A DNA stretch of 64,000 nt from Candidatus Babelota bacterium. Lineage in GTDB: Bacteria > Babelota > Babeliae > Babelales > JABDEC01. Under the pieces are notes generated by a model. The model searched no databases and had not been told where the DNA came from. It worked only from the letters and a program-made list of their open reading frames with translations. Position 1 is the first letter of the stretch; each line of letters begins with the position of its first letter. Of this stretch, positions 45,790 through 54,164 are shown one piece after another. The stretch lies in assembly GCA_013286795.1 (NCBI GenBank), contig JABDFA010000001.1, forward strand, positions 38,195 to 102,194. Reading direction: 5' to 3'. Position numbers and translations under genes: made by a program.

Positions 45790-47467
45790 ATTTTACCGGC
45801 AATTTTCCTGTTGATTTTAGGTTTCCAGCTAATACTTTAACTGCAGCTTCTTGCATGGGAACTGCGTCTTCATAAGTGACAATTATAGTATCAGCATCAT
45901 TAAAATAATTTAAACTGTATGGTGTGCCAAAGGCTATTACAATAATTTTTTTATCTAATTTTTTTAACTTATTAATTAATAAAAGTGTGTTATTAGCAAT
46001 ACCAAATTTTTGTGTCATAAATTTGTTCATCTGTCCCAAAGATATAATAATATTATTTTTATTTTGGGCTTGCTCTAAGCAAGCTAATAATTCTTGATCA
46101 GACATGCCAGATTCGCAGTATTTAATTTTGCAATTAAATTTTTCACACTCTTTTGCAAATTTATTTTCTGGTAATGAACCAACTTGTATAATTAAGCTAT
46201 TATTTAATAATTCAGGATTAAATTTTAAATTACTCGAATTTTTAACTAATGTAATTGCACTTTCGTATAATCTTTTTTGTAAAATATAAGCTTGTGGGCG
46301 AGTTAAAAAATCAGTATTAATTTCGTCTTGCCTGTTAAGTGCCCATTTTTTTGCTTTAAGAATTTTTAAAACTCGTAGATTTAATTCTTCTTCACTTACT
46401 AATCCAGATTTAATAGCTGCTTCTATTTTCTCTATAGCTGCAGGGATATCAAGAGGGCAAAGTAAAATATCATTTCCAGCTAAAAATGCCTGAAGTTCAA
46501 GTTCGCCTGGTTTGTAATATTTAGTAATAGCTTGCATGCCTAAACCATCAGTTATTACTAAGCCATTAAAACCAAGATTCTTTTTAAGTTCTTGTGTGAC
46601 AACAGAGTAAGATAAACTTGATGGTAGATTTGGTGATGGATCAAGTTCAGGAACAGAAAGATGTGCAGTCATAACTGCGCTTACACCAGAGCTAATTAAT
46701 TCTTTAAATGGGTATAATTCGATGTTATTAAGTCTTATTCTATTGTGCTTAATTACAGGAAGATCAAAGTGGGAATCTATATCAGTGTCACCATGTCCTG
46801 GAAAATGTTTTGCGCATGCAATAACGCCAGCATCTTGTAAACCTTGAGAATATAATTTTGCCAATTGAGCTACCCGTTTTGGATCATCACCAAATGAGCG
46901 ATCATGAATTACAGGATTTTTGGGGTTATTATTTACATCAACAACAGGTGCAAAATTTATATGCACACCAATTGCTTTACATTGTTTACCTACTTCGTAA
47001 CCCATTTGATATATTAACTGTTCGTTTTGAATTGCACCAAGCGTCATGTTTTTTGGATATCTTACAACTTTTTCTAGACGCATACTTAATCCCCATTCAG
47101 CATCGAGACCAATCAATAATGGAATTTTAGATAAGCTTTGATATTTTTTTGTAAAATATATTTGTTTTTCAGGTTCACTTTTGAATAAAAAAATTATGCC
47201 CCCAATGTTATATTCCTGAATCATTTTTGTGATATACTCTTCATCCATTTTATAAGGAGATTTTTGCATGGCTGATGCTAGCAATTCATCTGGCTGATCA
47301 AAACTAGATGCTGCTGCTACCATAAAAAGTTGACCAATCTTTTCTTTAAGGGTTAAAGATTGTAAAGTTTCTTCTGCCCATTTGTCTGAAGCCAGAAAGG
47401 GTGGATTGCAATATGATATATTGAACATTATGAAGACAGCAATTGAATTTAAACCATGCTTTAACAT
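45779..47467 (-). CDS. GH3 beta-N-acetylhexosaminidase (NagZ/YbbD-like) with a signal peptide and a C-terminal domain
   Basis: 'KIGQLFMV', 'DAEWGLSMR', 'NFAPVVDVN' and 'KHFPGHGDTDIDSH' (the NagZ-type motif) are present. Confidence 0.8.
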   Translation of the reverse strand: MLKHGLNSIAVFIMFNISYCNPPFLASDKWAEETLQSLTLKEKIGQLFMVAAASSFDQPDELLASAMQKSPYKMDEEYITKMIQEYNIGGIIFLFKSEPEKQIYFTKKYQSLSKIPLLIGLDAEWGLSMRLEKVVRYPKNMTLGAIQNEQLIYQMGYEVGKQCKAIGVHINFAPVVDVNNNPKNPVIHDRSFGDDPKRVAQLAKLYSQGLQDAGVIACAKHFPGHGDTDIDSHFDLPVIKHNRIRLNNIELYPFKELISSGVSAVMTAHLSVPELDPSPNLPSSLSYSVVTQELKKNLGFNGLVITDGLGMQAITKYYKPGELELQAFLAGNDILLCPLDIPAAIEKIEAAIKSGLVSEEELNLRVLKILKAKKWALNRQDEINTDFLTRPQAYILQKRLYESAITLVKNSSNLKFNPELLNNSLIIQVGSLPENKFAKECEKFNCKIKYCESGMSDQELLACLEQAQNKNNIIISLGQMNKFMTQKFGIANNTLLLINKLKKLDKKIIVIAFGTPYSLNYFNDADTIIVTYEDAVPMQEAAVKVLAGNLKSTGKLPVKFNF

Positions 47468-47551
47468 TTTTACCTCTAAAAACTTTTTTATATTTATTTG
47501 ATATAATAGTATATGTGGCTATAATTTCCAGGTTTAAAGTTGGGGTTTTTT

Positions 47552-48229
47552 ATGAGAATTAAATTATTTTTATTAATCTATCTAGGATCTATAGGCTCAA
47601 TCTATGGTATGAGCAAAATTGCTAATGAAATGCTTTTGGAGGGGATTGTTATGGGGAATATAGAACTTGTAAAAGAGGCTATAGAAAATGGAGCAGATGT
47701 AAATACCAAAAAAGGCCAAGATACGGCTTTAATGATGGCTGCTCGTAATGATAATGAAGACGTAGCAAGGTTATTATTAGATGCTAAAGCTGACTGTAAT
47801 ATGACCGATGATTACAGTTCAACTCCCTTAATGATTGCAGTGCGTCGTGGCAAAGAAAATTTAGTGAAGCTATTTTTACGTTATGGTGCTGATCCTGATA
47901 TTAAAAGCAGGTATGGCGATGTGGCTTTGTTATTAGCTGCATATGGCTATGGAATTATCGTGAAAATGGAGGATATACTAAAATTATTATTAGATGCAGG
48001 TGCTTCTCTGGATATAATGGACAAGCAAGGTCTAAATGTTTTAGATACAGCAAATAAAAAAAAAGACAAATCTCTTATAGAATTATTAGAAGCTGAATAC
48101 AAAAAAAGAGAAGAAAAAAGACAACAGGTGAATAAAGAGATTGTTGAATCAGGTTATCTATTGCCGGATTTAGCAAGCATAGTTTCAGAATATGCTGTTT
48201 GCGCAAAACAAAAGGGAGGAGGCAAATAA
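47552..48229 (+). CDS. Secreted ankyrin-repeat protein with the conserved tail
   Basis: ATG 47552 gives the leader MRIKLFLLIYLGSIGSIYG. There are 4-5 ANK repeats. The tail is 'YLLPDLASIVSEYAVCAKQKGGGK*'. It is a close paralog of 63278-63919 and of the N-terminus of 54909-56264. Confidence 0.85.
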   Translation: MRIKLFLLIYLGSIGSIYGMSKIANEMLLEGIVMGNIELVKEAIENGADVNTKKGQDTALMMAARNDNEDVARLLLDAKADCNMTDDYSSTPLMIAVRRGKENLVKLFLRYGADPDIKSRYGDVALLLAAYGYGIIVKMEDILKLLLDAGASLDIMDKQGLNVLDTANKKKDKSLIELLEAEYKKREEKRQQVNKEIVESGYLLPDLASIVSEYAVCAKQKGGGK

Positions 48230-48238
48230 AAGCCTCCT
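48217..48238. terminator. Hairpin between convergent genes (possible bidirectional terminator)
   Basis: AGGAGGC-AAATAAAA-GCCTCCT spans the stop of the ANK gene and lies just 3' of the 48248 gene. The T-runs are weak. Confidence 0.35.
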
Positions 48239-48247
48239 TAAATTAGA

Positions 48248-48718
48248 CTAATTTTCAAGAGATTTTTTAGTGGATGGTTTCCATCTTTTAAGAAGTTCTT
48301 TAAATAAAATCTCTTTTGCATCTGTTTTTGGGTTTCTTTCTATTTTTGATGCAACTACAGCAGCAGTAGATCTTAATGATGATGGATCAATGGTAAGTGT
48401 ATCTACATGATCAACCATAGGAATCTTATTTTTTTGAATTACATTACTAGCAGCTTGCTCATTAGCGGTTTCATAAAGGAGCATTTCTAAGAGACTCAAA
48501 AAGTCTACTATATTATTTTGCATAATTTCAGGTGAATTAGTTTTTTGAGTTTTTATTACAGTATCATAAAAACCATTTCTAAAAGCACGAGTAATTATTT
48601 TCTTTAAAGCATCTGCTTCATTGTCTACTAGCCATTCCATCAATTGTAAAAGCTCATAAGATAAAGTAAGTTTTTCGCTTGAACTTTCCATGTTAGCATA
48701 TGAATTTTGATTTTCCAT
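48248..48718 (-). CDS. Hypothetical protein downstream of the hspR-like gene
   Basis: The ATG at 48718 (MENQNSY) is preceded by AGAGAGG. No motif recognised. Confidence 0.45.
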   Translation of the reverse strand: MENQNSYANMESSSEKLTLSYELLQLMEWLVDNEADALKKIITRAFRNGFYDTVIKTQKTNSPEIMQNNIVDFLSLLEMLLYETANEQAASNVIQKNKIPMVDHVDTLTIDPSSLRSTAAVVASKIERNPKTDAKEILFKELLKRWKPSTKKSLEN

Positions 48719-48798
48719 TAAGAACCTCTCTTTGTTTAAGGACAAACATTTTACGGATCTCACGTGGAATCAGACTTACTGTTTTTAACTCTGGTGTA

Positions 48799-49293
48799 TT
48801 AATTATCATATTCAATTTCCCAATTATCAATGTCAATTGTTTCATTGTTTTTGATTGTTGATTCAGAGTCAGACGAGTTAGTTTGATTTGTTTTAATATT
48901 TTCTTTAAGTTTTAAAAGTTTATTTGCATTTTGCGATACGAATTGTTTGGAAGTTTCTACATCTTTAGTTAGATCTTCTTGTGTCTGTTCAAACATTTTA
49001 TTCATATCTTTTTGCATTTTTTTAATCTGTTTTTGTAGTTTCAAAATCATTTCTACACCAGCAAGATTTATTCCTAACTGATGAGTTAGATAAATAACTT
49101 CTTCAAGCTTATTTACATCCTCTTCGCCAAACATTCTTGTATTACCATCAGATCTTTTTGGAGTAATTAATCCCTCTTTTTCATAAAGTCTTATAGTTTG
49201 TTGATGAACAGCAAACATTTTGGCAACAGCTGATATTGAAAAATAACCCTTATTTTTTTTCATATTTTTTCCTGACAATAATTTTTTCTCCAT
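48799..49293 (-). CDS. hspR: MerR-family heat-shock regulator (HspR-like)
   Basis: The HTH is 'YFSISAVAKMFAVHQQTIRLYEKEGLITPKRSDGNTRMFGEEDV'. 'GINLAGVEMIL' resembles the HspR 'GINLAGIKRI' block, recalled from memory. Confidence 0.65.
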   Translation of the reverse strand: MEKKLLSGKNMKKNKGYFSISAVAKMFAVHQQTIRLYEKEGLITPKRSDGNTRMFGEEDVNKLEEVIYLTHQLGINLAGVEMILKLQKQIKKMQKDMNKMFEQTQEDLTKDVETSKQFVSQNANKLLKLKENIKTNQTNSSDSESTIKNNETIDIDNWEIEYDN

Positions 49294-49439
49294 GACACTA
49301 CCTTTTTTTGGCTTTTAAGCTAAGTATTAGTATAACATTTTATGATATATATGAATACTGAGTTTATTTATAGTTTACAAGATAATTTTTAAGGCTAGCA
49401 AACAATATTATTTCAAACTGTCAGAAATTATCTGGGGTA

Positions 49440-50546
49440 TCAAACATTAAACTTAACGTTTATGATATCTCCATCTTGAACTATATAGTCTTGACCGGCG
49501 GTTTTGATTTTCCCTAAATCCTTAAGTTTAGATATAGTTAAATATTCAAAGAGATCAGTGCAATTAAATACTTCTGCGCAGATAAAACCGCGTTCTAAAT
49601 CTGAATGTATTTCTCCGGATGCTTTACGAATACTTGTTCCTTTAATTATAGGCCAAGCATGAATTTCTTTTGGGCCACATGTAAAAAATGTTATTAATCC
49701 TAAATTTTTATAAGATTGCATGATAATTTGGTCGATTCCCTTTTGTTTTAATCCTACCATATCCATCATTTCTTTTGATTGTTCATCATCTAATTGAGAA
49801 AGTTCATATTCAAGTCTTACACAAATAGGTATAACTTTTTCTGGACCAAATTTTTTTACTACTTCTTTATAAAATTTATTTTCGTTATATGTTTCTATTT
49901 CATTTTCAGATATATTAGCGATAACTAAAAAATTTTTTGTTGATAGAAGGGGTATAATCTGAATTTGGCTATTTTTGATTAATTCTTGTGATTTTGTCAC
50001 TAAACCTTTGTCTAAGTTTTCTTTGATTTGTGTTAAAAGTTCAAGTTCAGTAGTCAATTCTTTTTGTTTTTTTGTATCATTTGTTGAAGTTTTTATTAAT
50101 TTAGGCAACTTTTCTAATCTGTTTTGTATGCTTTCAAGATCTTTTAGTATAAGTTCTGCAATTATTGTTTCATAATCGTCAATAGGGTTTATTTCTTTTC
50201 CTGAGTGATTTATGTTTGTATCTTCAAAGCAACGTAAGACATGTAAGATTAGATCTACTTCACGGATATGGCTAAGGAATTGGTTTCCTAAACCTTCTCC
50301 TGAGGCTGCTCCTTTTACTAATCCTGCAATGTCTACAAATGTCACACTAGTAGGAATTAACTTTTGAGAATTATATAGTTTTTGGAGTTGCTCCATTCTT
50401 GTATCTGGCACTTCTGTTATGGCTATATTTGGATCTATGGTACAAAAAGGATAATTTTCTGCAGGTACGCTTGATTTTGTTAATGCATTAAAAAGTGTTG
50501 ATTTACCTACATTTGGTAGGCCCACTAATCCAGCTTTTATACTCAT
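49440..50546 (-). CDS. ychF: Ribosome-binding ATPase YchF
   Basis: 'AGLVGLPNVGKSTLFNALT', 'FVDIAGLVKGAS.GEGLGNQFL' and the TGS-like C-terminus '..GQDYIVQDGDII' are present. Confidence 0.9.
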   Translation of the reverse strand: MSIKAGLVGLPNVGKSTLFNALTKSSVPAENYPFCTIDPNIAITEVPDTRMEQLQKLYNSQKLIPTSVTFVDIAGLVKGAASGEGLGNQFLSHIREVDLILHVLRCFEDTNINHSGKEINPIDDYETIIAELILKDLESIQNRLEKLPKLIKTSTNDTKKQKELTTELELLTQIKENLDKGLVTKSQELIKNSQIQIIPLLSTKNFLVIANISENEIETYNENKFYKEVVKKFGPEKVIPICVRLEYELSQLDDEQSKEMMDMVGLKQKGIDQIIMQSYKNLGLITFFTCGPKEIHAWPIIKGTSIRKASGEIHSDLERGFICAEVFNCTDLFEYLTISKLKDLGKIKTAGQDYIVQDGDIINVKFNV

Positions 50547-50687
50547 ATTAGTTTTCTTTCAAAAAAATATTGCAATTATAGTTTATAATTTATATATTAT
50601 ATTTTGCTTGAAAAATTAAATTTATTCAAATTTAATTGTAATTATAGTGTTGTTTAGTTCTAGTTTTTATACTAAAAAGGAGTTCTT

Positions 50688-50963
50688 ATGATGCATCATC
50701 ATTCATTTCTAGGAAAAACAGTGTGTCTTCTTGCTTGGCTTTTGTGCAGTTTAGCTGCAATATTTATTGGCTTATCAGCTTTTAATATTGAAGTTGGTTC
50801 TCTTAATTTCGTACAAATGCACCTAGCTGCATATATGAAGTATATCAAGATCGTTTTTGGTGTTGCTGGTGTTATTAGTCTTGTAGCCTTATTTTGTAAG
50901 TGCCATCATTGTATTACTCACAAAGGCAACGGTTCTTGTTGCTCTACAGAAAAACATAAATAA
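50688..50963 (+). CDS. Small two-TM membrane protein with a His/Cys-rich C-terminal tail
   Basis: RBS AAGGAG is present. There are two hydrophobic helices. The tail is 'CKCHHCITHKGNGSCCSTEKHK'. Confidence 0.5.
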   Translation: MMHHHSFLGKTVCLLAWLLCSLAAIFIGLSAFNIEVGSLNFVQMHLAAYMKYIKIVFGVAGVISLVALFCKCHHCITHKGNGSCCSTEKHK

Positions 50964-51148
50964 TTCTGATTTTAAATCAGTTATAAATATATAGGTGTCA
51001 GATAATTTTTTTGTCTACACCTATATTTATTTTACATAAATTCGATAATTAATTTATTTGCGAAGGCTTTATTCTGGTCAAGATATTAATAAAAAATTAT
51101 CAAATTCATCTTTATTATACACATCCTTATAGGGTAAAATCATCCAAT

Positions 51149-51311
51149 CCGTTCGCCCTGAGCGATGTTTGAGCGACGAAGGAGTCGAAAACAGAGTCGA
51201 ACGGGGTTTTTATATTGAAAAATAAATCAAAATTTTTAAAAATTTTTTACCCATTCGACTCCCTCTTCGTCTCGCGTAAACGCTCGCTCAGAGGTCGCTC
51301 AGGGCGAACGG
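51149..51311. repeat. MITE-like GC-rich palindromic element (163 bp)
   Basis: CCGTTCGCCCTGAGCGATGTTTGAGCGACGAAGGAGTCGAA... ...CGCGTAAACGCTCGCTCAGAGGTCGCTCAGGGCGAACGG. Both arms differ from the 42119 copy by only a few substitutions and single-base indels. It is intergenic, 37 nt 3' of the DOT1-like gene. Confidence 0.8.
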
Positions 51312-51347
51312 GAAAGATGTAAATCTATTTAAACAAAACAAGAAGAT

Positions 51348-52142
51348 TTATTTTTTGGCTTTTTTAGCAGCTTTTTTAGCTTTACCTTCAAGTTTATATA
51401 TATGAACTGGTGAACCTTCGGACCAAGTCATAGGTAGTTTATATTCTTTTATATGTTTTAGCCCAAAATCTTCATAGTTATCAGGCAAAGCTTTTAATGT
51501 AATTACAGTTAAACCTGGTTTTAATTTTGAAAATCTTTCTGTTAATTTTGCCATCAATTCTTCAGGATAACAGGTTGAACACATATAAATCACAGTGGCG
51601 TCGCTAATATTTTCTTTGGCTATATCGCCATTGTATAATTCAAATTTTCTGTCTTTAGTTATTAAATTCTTCTTTTCTAAATTTTTTCTTATAGTTTCTG
51701 CGTGGTGATTCCTGGTAGGAGAAAGTTCTATTCCTACAACTTTCTTAAAAGGATAATCCAGATACCCTTGTACAAGAACTTTTCCTGTTCCTGAGCCTAG
51801 ATCATACAAAACGTCTGTTTTTTTAATATTTAAATCATCTAAAACTTTTTTTAATGAATCAAACTTAATTTCTCCATAAACTGGACTGCCGCCAGTTTTT
51901 GTAACCATAGACCGTTCTGTATCACTGATTTGATGTTTAATGTTTTTATACATCTCATCTATTAAATCGGATGTGTTTATTTTCTTGCTTGCAGGTATAT
52001 CAGTTGTTACTTTTGCAGTTTTAGAAAGATTTGGCTTTATAGCGCAATTTTTAGTATTGTCTTTTTTTGCCTTACAATCAATAACATTATTCCATAATAT
52101 TAATGACATCGAAAATAATAAAAATTTTTGCATAACATTCAT
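51348..52142 (-). CDS. Secreted DOT1-like class I SAM methyltransferase with a Lys-rich C-terminal tail
   Basis: 'VYGEIKFDSLKKVLDDLNIKKTDVLYDLGSGTGKVLVQ', 'VGIELSP..HHAET' and 'YNGDI....ISDATVIYMCSTCYPEELMAKLTERFSKLKPG' are collinear with the remembered DOT1L core (YGETSFDL.., [13 protein letters not shown], GDF..., [13 protein letters not shown]...L.ERF..MK.G). The leader is MNVMQKFLLFSMSLILWNNV. The tail is 'GKAKKAAKKAKK*'. Confidence 0.65.
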   Translation of the reverse strand: MNVMQKFLLFSMSLILWNNVIDCKAKKDNTKNCAIKPNLSKTAKVTTDIPASKKINTSDLIDEMYKNIKHQISDTERSMVTKTGGSPVYGEIKFDSLKKVLDDLNIKKTDVLYDLGSGTGKVLVQGYLDYPFKKVVGIELSPTRNHHAETIRKNLEKKNLITKDRKFELYNGDIAKENISDATVIYMCSTCYPEELMAKLTERFSKLKPGLTVITLKALPDNYEDFGLKHIKEYKLPMTWSEGSPVHIYKLEGKAKKAAKKAKK

Positions 52143-52221
52143 ATTTTACTTCCTATAGTTTTGAATTACCACTTAGTAATAAATTTATACTTTCAAGTAA
52201 CTTTATTCAAGAAAAGCCTTT

Positions 52222-52251
52222 AAGAACAAAGAAAAACCCCGGTGTTTAATA
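52222..52251 (-). terminator. Rho-independent terminator of the 52286-53377 gene
   Basis: On the minus strand, CCCCGGT-(11 nt)-ACCGGGG is followed by TTTTTCTTT. Confidence 0.6.
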
Positions 52252-52285
52252 TAAACCGGGGTATAACTTTAGTTAAATTGATTAG

Positions 52286-53377
52286 TTACCGACCATTACC
52301 AAGATCTTCTCTTCTTTTTGCCATTGCTGCTTTTAAAGCGCCCATAAGATCAGCTTTTGCTTCTTGTTTTACTTCCTCACGAACTGGCTTTTTCGCTGCA
52401 GGGATTATCTTTATAGATGGACTAGCTATAGTTTTTGATATTGTTTCTTCAAGATCACCTATTGGTGGAGCATCTGGTATTCCTAATGTACTAATATCTT
52501 CTTGTACTGCTTCTACTATTGCACTTGTAACTTCTTTTTGTTCTTGTGGTGTTAATTGAGGATTTTCAGTTACTATTTTTGTTGCTTCTTTACGTACTAC
52601 ATTTCTAATATCTTCAGCTGCCAACGCTCTATTTCTAGTTACTATCGTATAATCTTCGGGCATTGTTTCTACTACCATTGGAGTAGGTGGCACAGGCATT
52701 GGTGTAGGAGTAACTTTAGTTGTGTCAGTTTCTACTTCAATCGGTATAGAAAAATTAGGAATAACTAGTTCTTCTGGCGTAAAATCTTTTTCGTGAAGAC
52801 TACTAAATGCTGTTGTGCATAATCCTTGTACAACATCACTTTGTAAAACACCAATAATAAATCCTAAAATTTTAATCATTGTATTTTTAGCTGTATCCAC
52901 TAGAGATGAAGGAAGTTTGAGTTTTTTAACTTGCGTTATAAGTTTTTCTATTATTGTATTACTAAAAGTTTTAATTAAAGATGGTAATTTTTGACATATA
53001 AGTGTAGGATCCTCTTCGTATCTTTCGAGTGCATGTCTTTTATTCAATTCATTTTTAATCGTTGGGCAAATAACATCTTTAAATACGTTAATTCTTATAA
53101 CACCAGGAATAATTTCTATAGATCCTTTTGGTTTAAAGTCAGAACCCTTTACACTTACTCCACCTATGAATTCCTTAAGCCACGCTACAATTTCTTTTTT
53201 TGTAGATCTTGGACTAGGGTAATCAGGTGTTACTACTCCAGCAAGATTAACTCCAGTTAATTGGTCTAATTTGCCAAATTGATCTGTAATTGTTTTACAG
53301 AATTCAGCTCTTGCATGTACCAAAGAATTACATACAATAGTCGTGAAAACAGTAATAAATAACAACATTTTTTTCAT
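52286..53377 (-). CDS. Hypothetical secreted protein with a Pro-rich segment and a basic amphipathic C-terminus
   Basis: The leader is MKKMLLFITVFTTIVCNSLVHA. 'TPTPMPVPPTPM' is present. The C-terminus is 'KADLMGALKAAMAKRREDL'. Confidence 0.55.
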   Translation of the reverse strand: MKKMLLFITVFTTIVCNSLVHARAEFCKTITDQFGKLDQLTGVNLAGVVTPDYPSPRSTKKEIVAWLKEFIGGVSVKGSDFKPKGSIEIIPGVIRINVFKDVICPTIKNELNKRHALERYEEDPTLICQKLPSLIKTFSNTIIEKLITQVKKLKLPSSLVDTAKNTMIKILGFIIGVLQSDVVQGLCTTAFSSLHEKDFTPEELVIPNFSIPIEVETDTTKVTPTPMPVPPTPMVVETMPEDYTIVTRNRALAAEDIRNVVRKEATKIVTENPQLTPQEQKEVTSAIVEAVQEDISTLGIPDAPPIGDLEETISKTIASPSIKIIPAAKKPVREEVKQEAKADLMGALKAAMAKRREDLGNGR

Positions 53378-53599
53378 TTTTTCTCCTTTTTAATTAACAT
53401 TTTAACCTGTTACTAAATTAATTATAACTTACAAATAGAAATAAAAGCAATACTTTGAAAATGGTTTTTTAATAAACAGGGGGATTTCTTGGCGAAAATG
53501 GCTATTTTAGGCGTTATTTTAATTATTTTAAGAGACTTTTTTGGGGTTAATTATTATATAATATTGCAGGTAGAATTGGCAAATGTGAGATTTTTAGAA

Positions 53600-53621
53600 G
53601 GGGAGTAGTGTTACTCCCCTG
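53600..53621. terminator. 9-bp-stem hairpin 3' of the 53631-53990 gene
   Basis: AGGGGAGTA-GTGT-TACTCCCCT. A T-run follows only on the plus strand, so the strand assignment is uncertain. Confidence 0.35.
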
Positions 53622-53630
53622 GGTTGATTT

Positions 53631-53990
53631 TTAGCTTTGACTAGGTCTTCTTACGTCTTTTTGTTTATTTGCAGGTTCTACAAATAATAGCGAAATAGCC
53701 TGTGCGGCAGCAGCCCATCCGGCTCTCATTAGGGTTGCGTTCCAATCGATTTTTCCATTGTCTCCAGATGTTCCTGCTATTAATACCAAGCTGATCAATG
53801 AACTCAATGCTACGCCTTGTCCTTTGCTTAAACTGCCATTTTTAACGGCAGCAAAAGAGATTAGCCTTGATAGTCCCCCAAAGCCAACGCCATATAATAA
53901 ATCATTTGAATTTATGTCAGCTTTTAGATTAGTTGCTGCAGAGCTTAACAATCCACCAAGTAAAATTGGTAAAAGAAATTTTTTGTTCAT
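53631..53990 (-). CDS. Small Gly/Ala/Ser-rich membrane or secreted protein
   Basis: The leader is MNKKFLLPILLGGLLSSAATNLKA. Gly-zipper-like hydrophobic stretches are present. Confidence 0.5.
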   Translation of the reverse strand: MNKKFLLPILLGGLLSSAATNLKADINSNDLLYGVGFGGLSRLISFAAVKNGSLSKGQGVALSSLISLVLIAGTSGDNGKIDWNATLMRAGWAAAAQAISLLFVEPANKQKDVRRPSQS

Positions 53991-54164
53991 ATGAACTCCT
54001 ATTATTTAGATATTTTATAACAGTACGCTGTATAATTTTATTGATTTAATGGGTTTTTGCAAAATTTTAATTTAAAAAAATGGTTAAAATTTGTTTTTTT
54101 TGGTAGAAATTTATACAAGATTTAACTGGGATATGTTTGATATTTGAATTAACTATTTTTAGGA

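Noticed and set aside
19060-47551. Listed non-ATG or upstream starts (TTG 19060, TTG 30836, TTG 37938, 38794, ATG 39710, TTG 47540).
   Set aside because: Downstream ATG or GTG codons give the family-typical leader directly and better RBS spacing, or avoid long overlaps. The upstream starts remain possible.
52242-53260. Plus-strand ORFs 52242-52559, 52556-52768 and 52991-53260.
   Set aside because: They are antisense to the long leader-bearing ORF 52286-53377, have no RBS or motif, and look like shadow ORFs.
53440-53625. A possible plus-strand sRNA ending at the 53600-53621 hairpin with its T-run.
   Set aside because: No convincing promoter lies upstream. The hairpin is more simply the 3' structure of the minus-strand gene 53631-53990. 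Left as a low-confidence hairpin feature.
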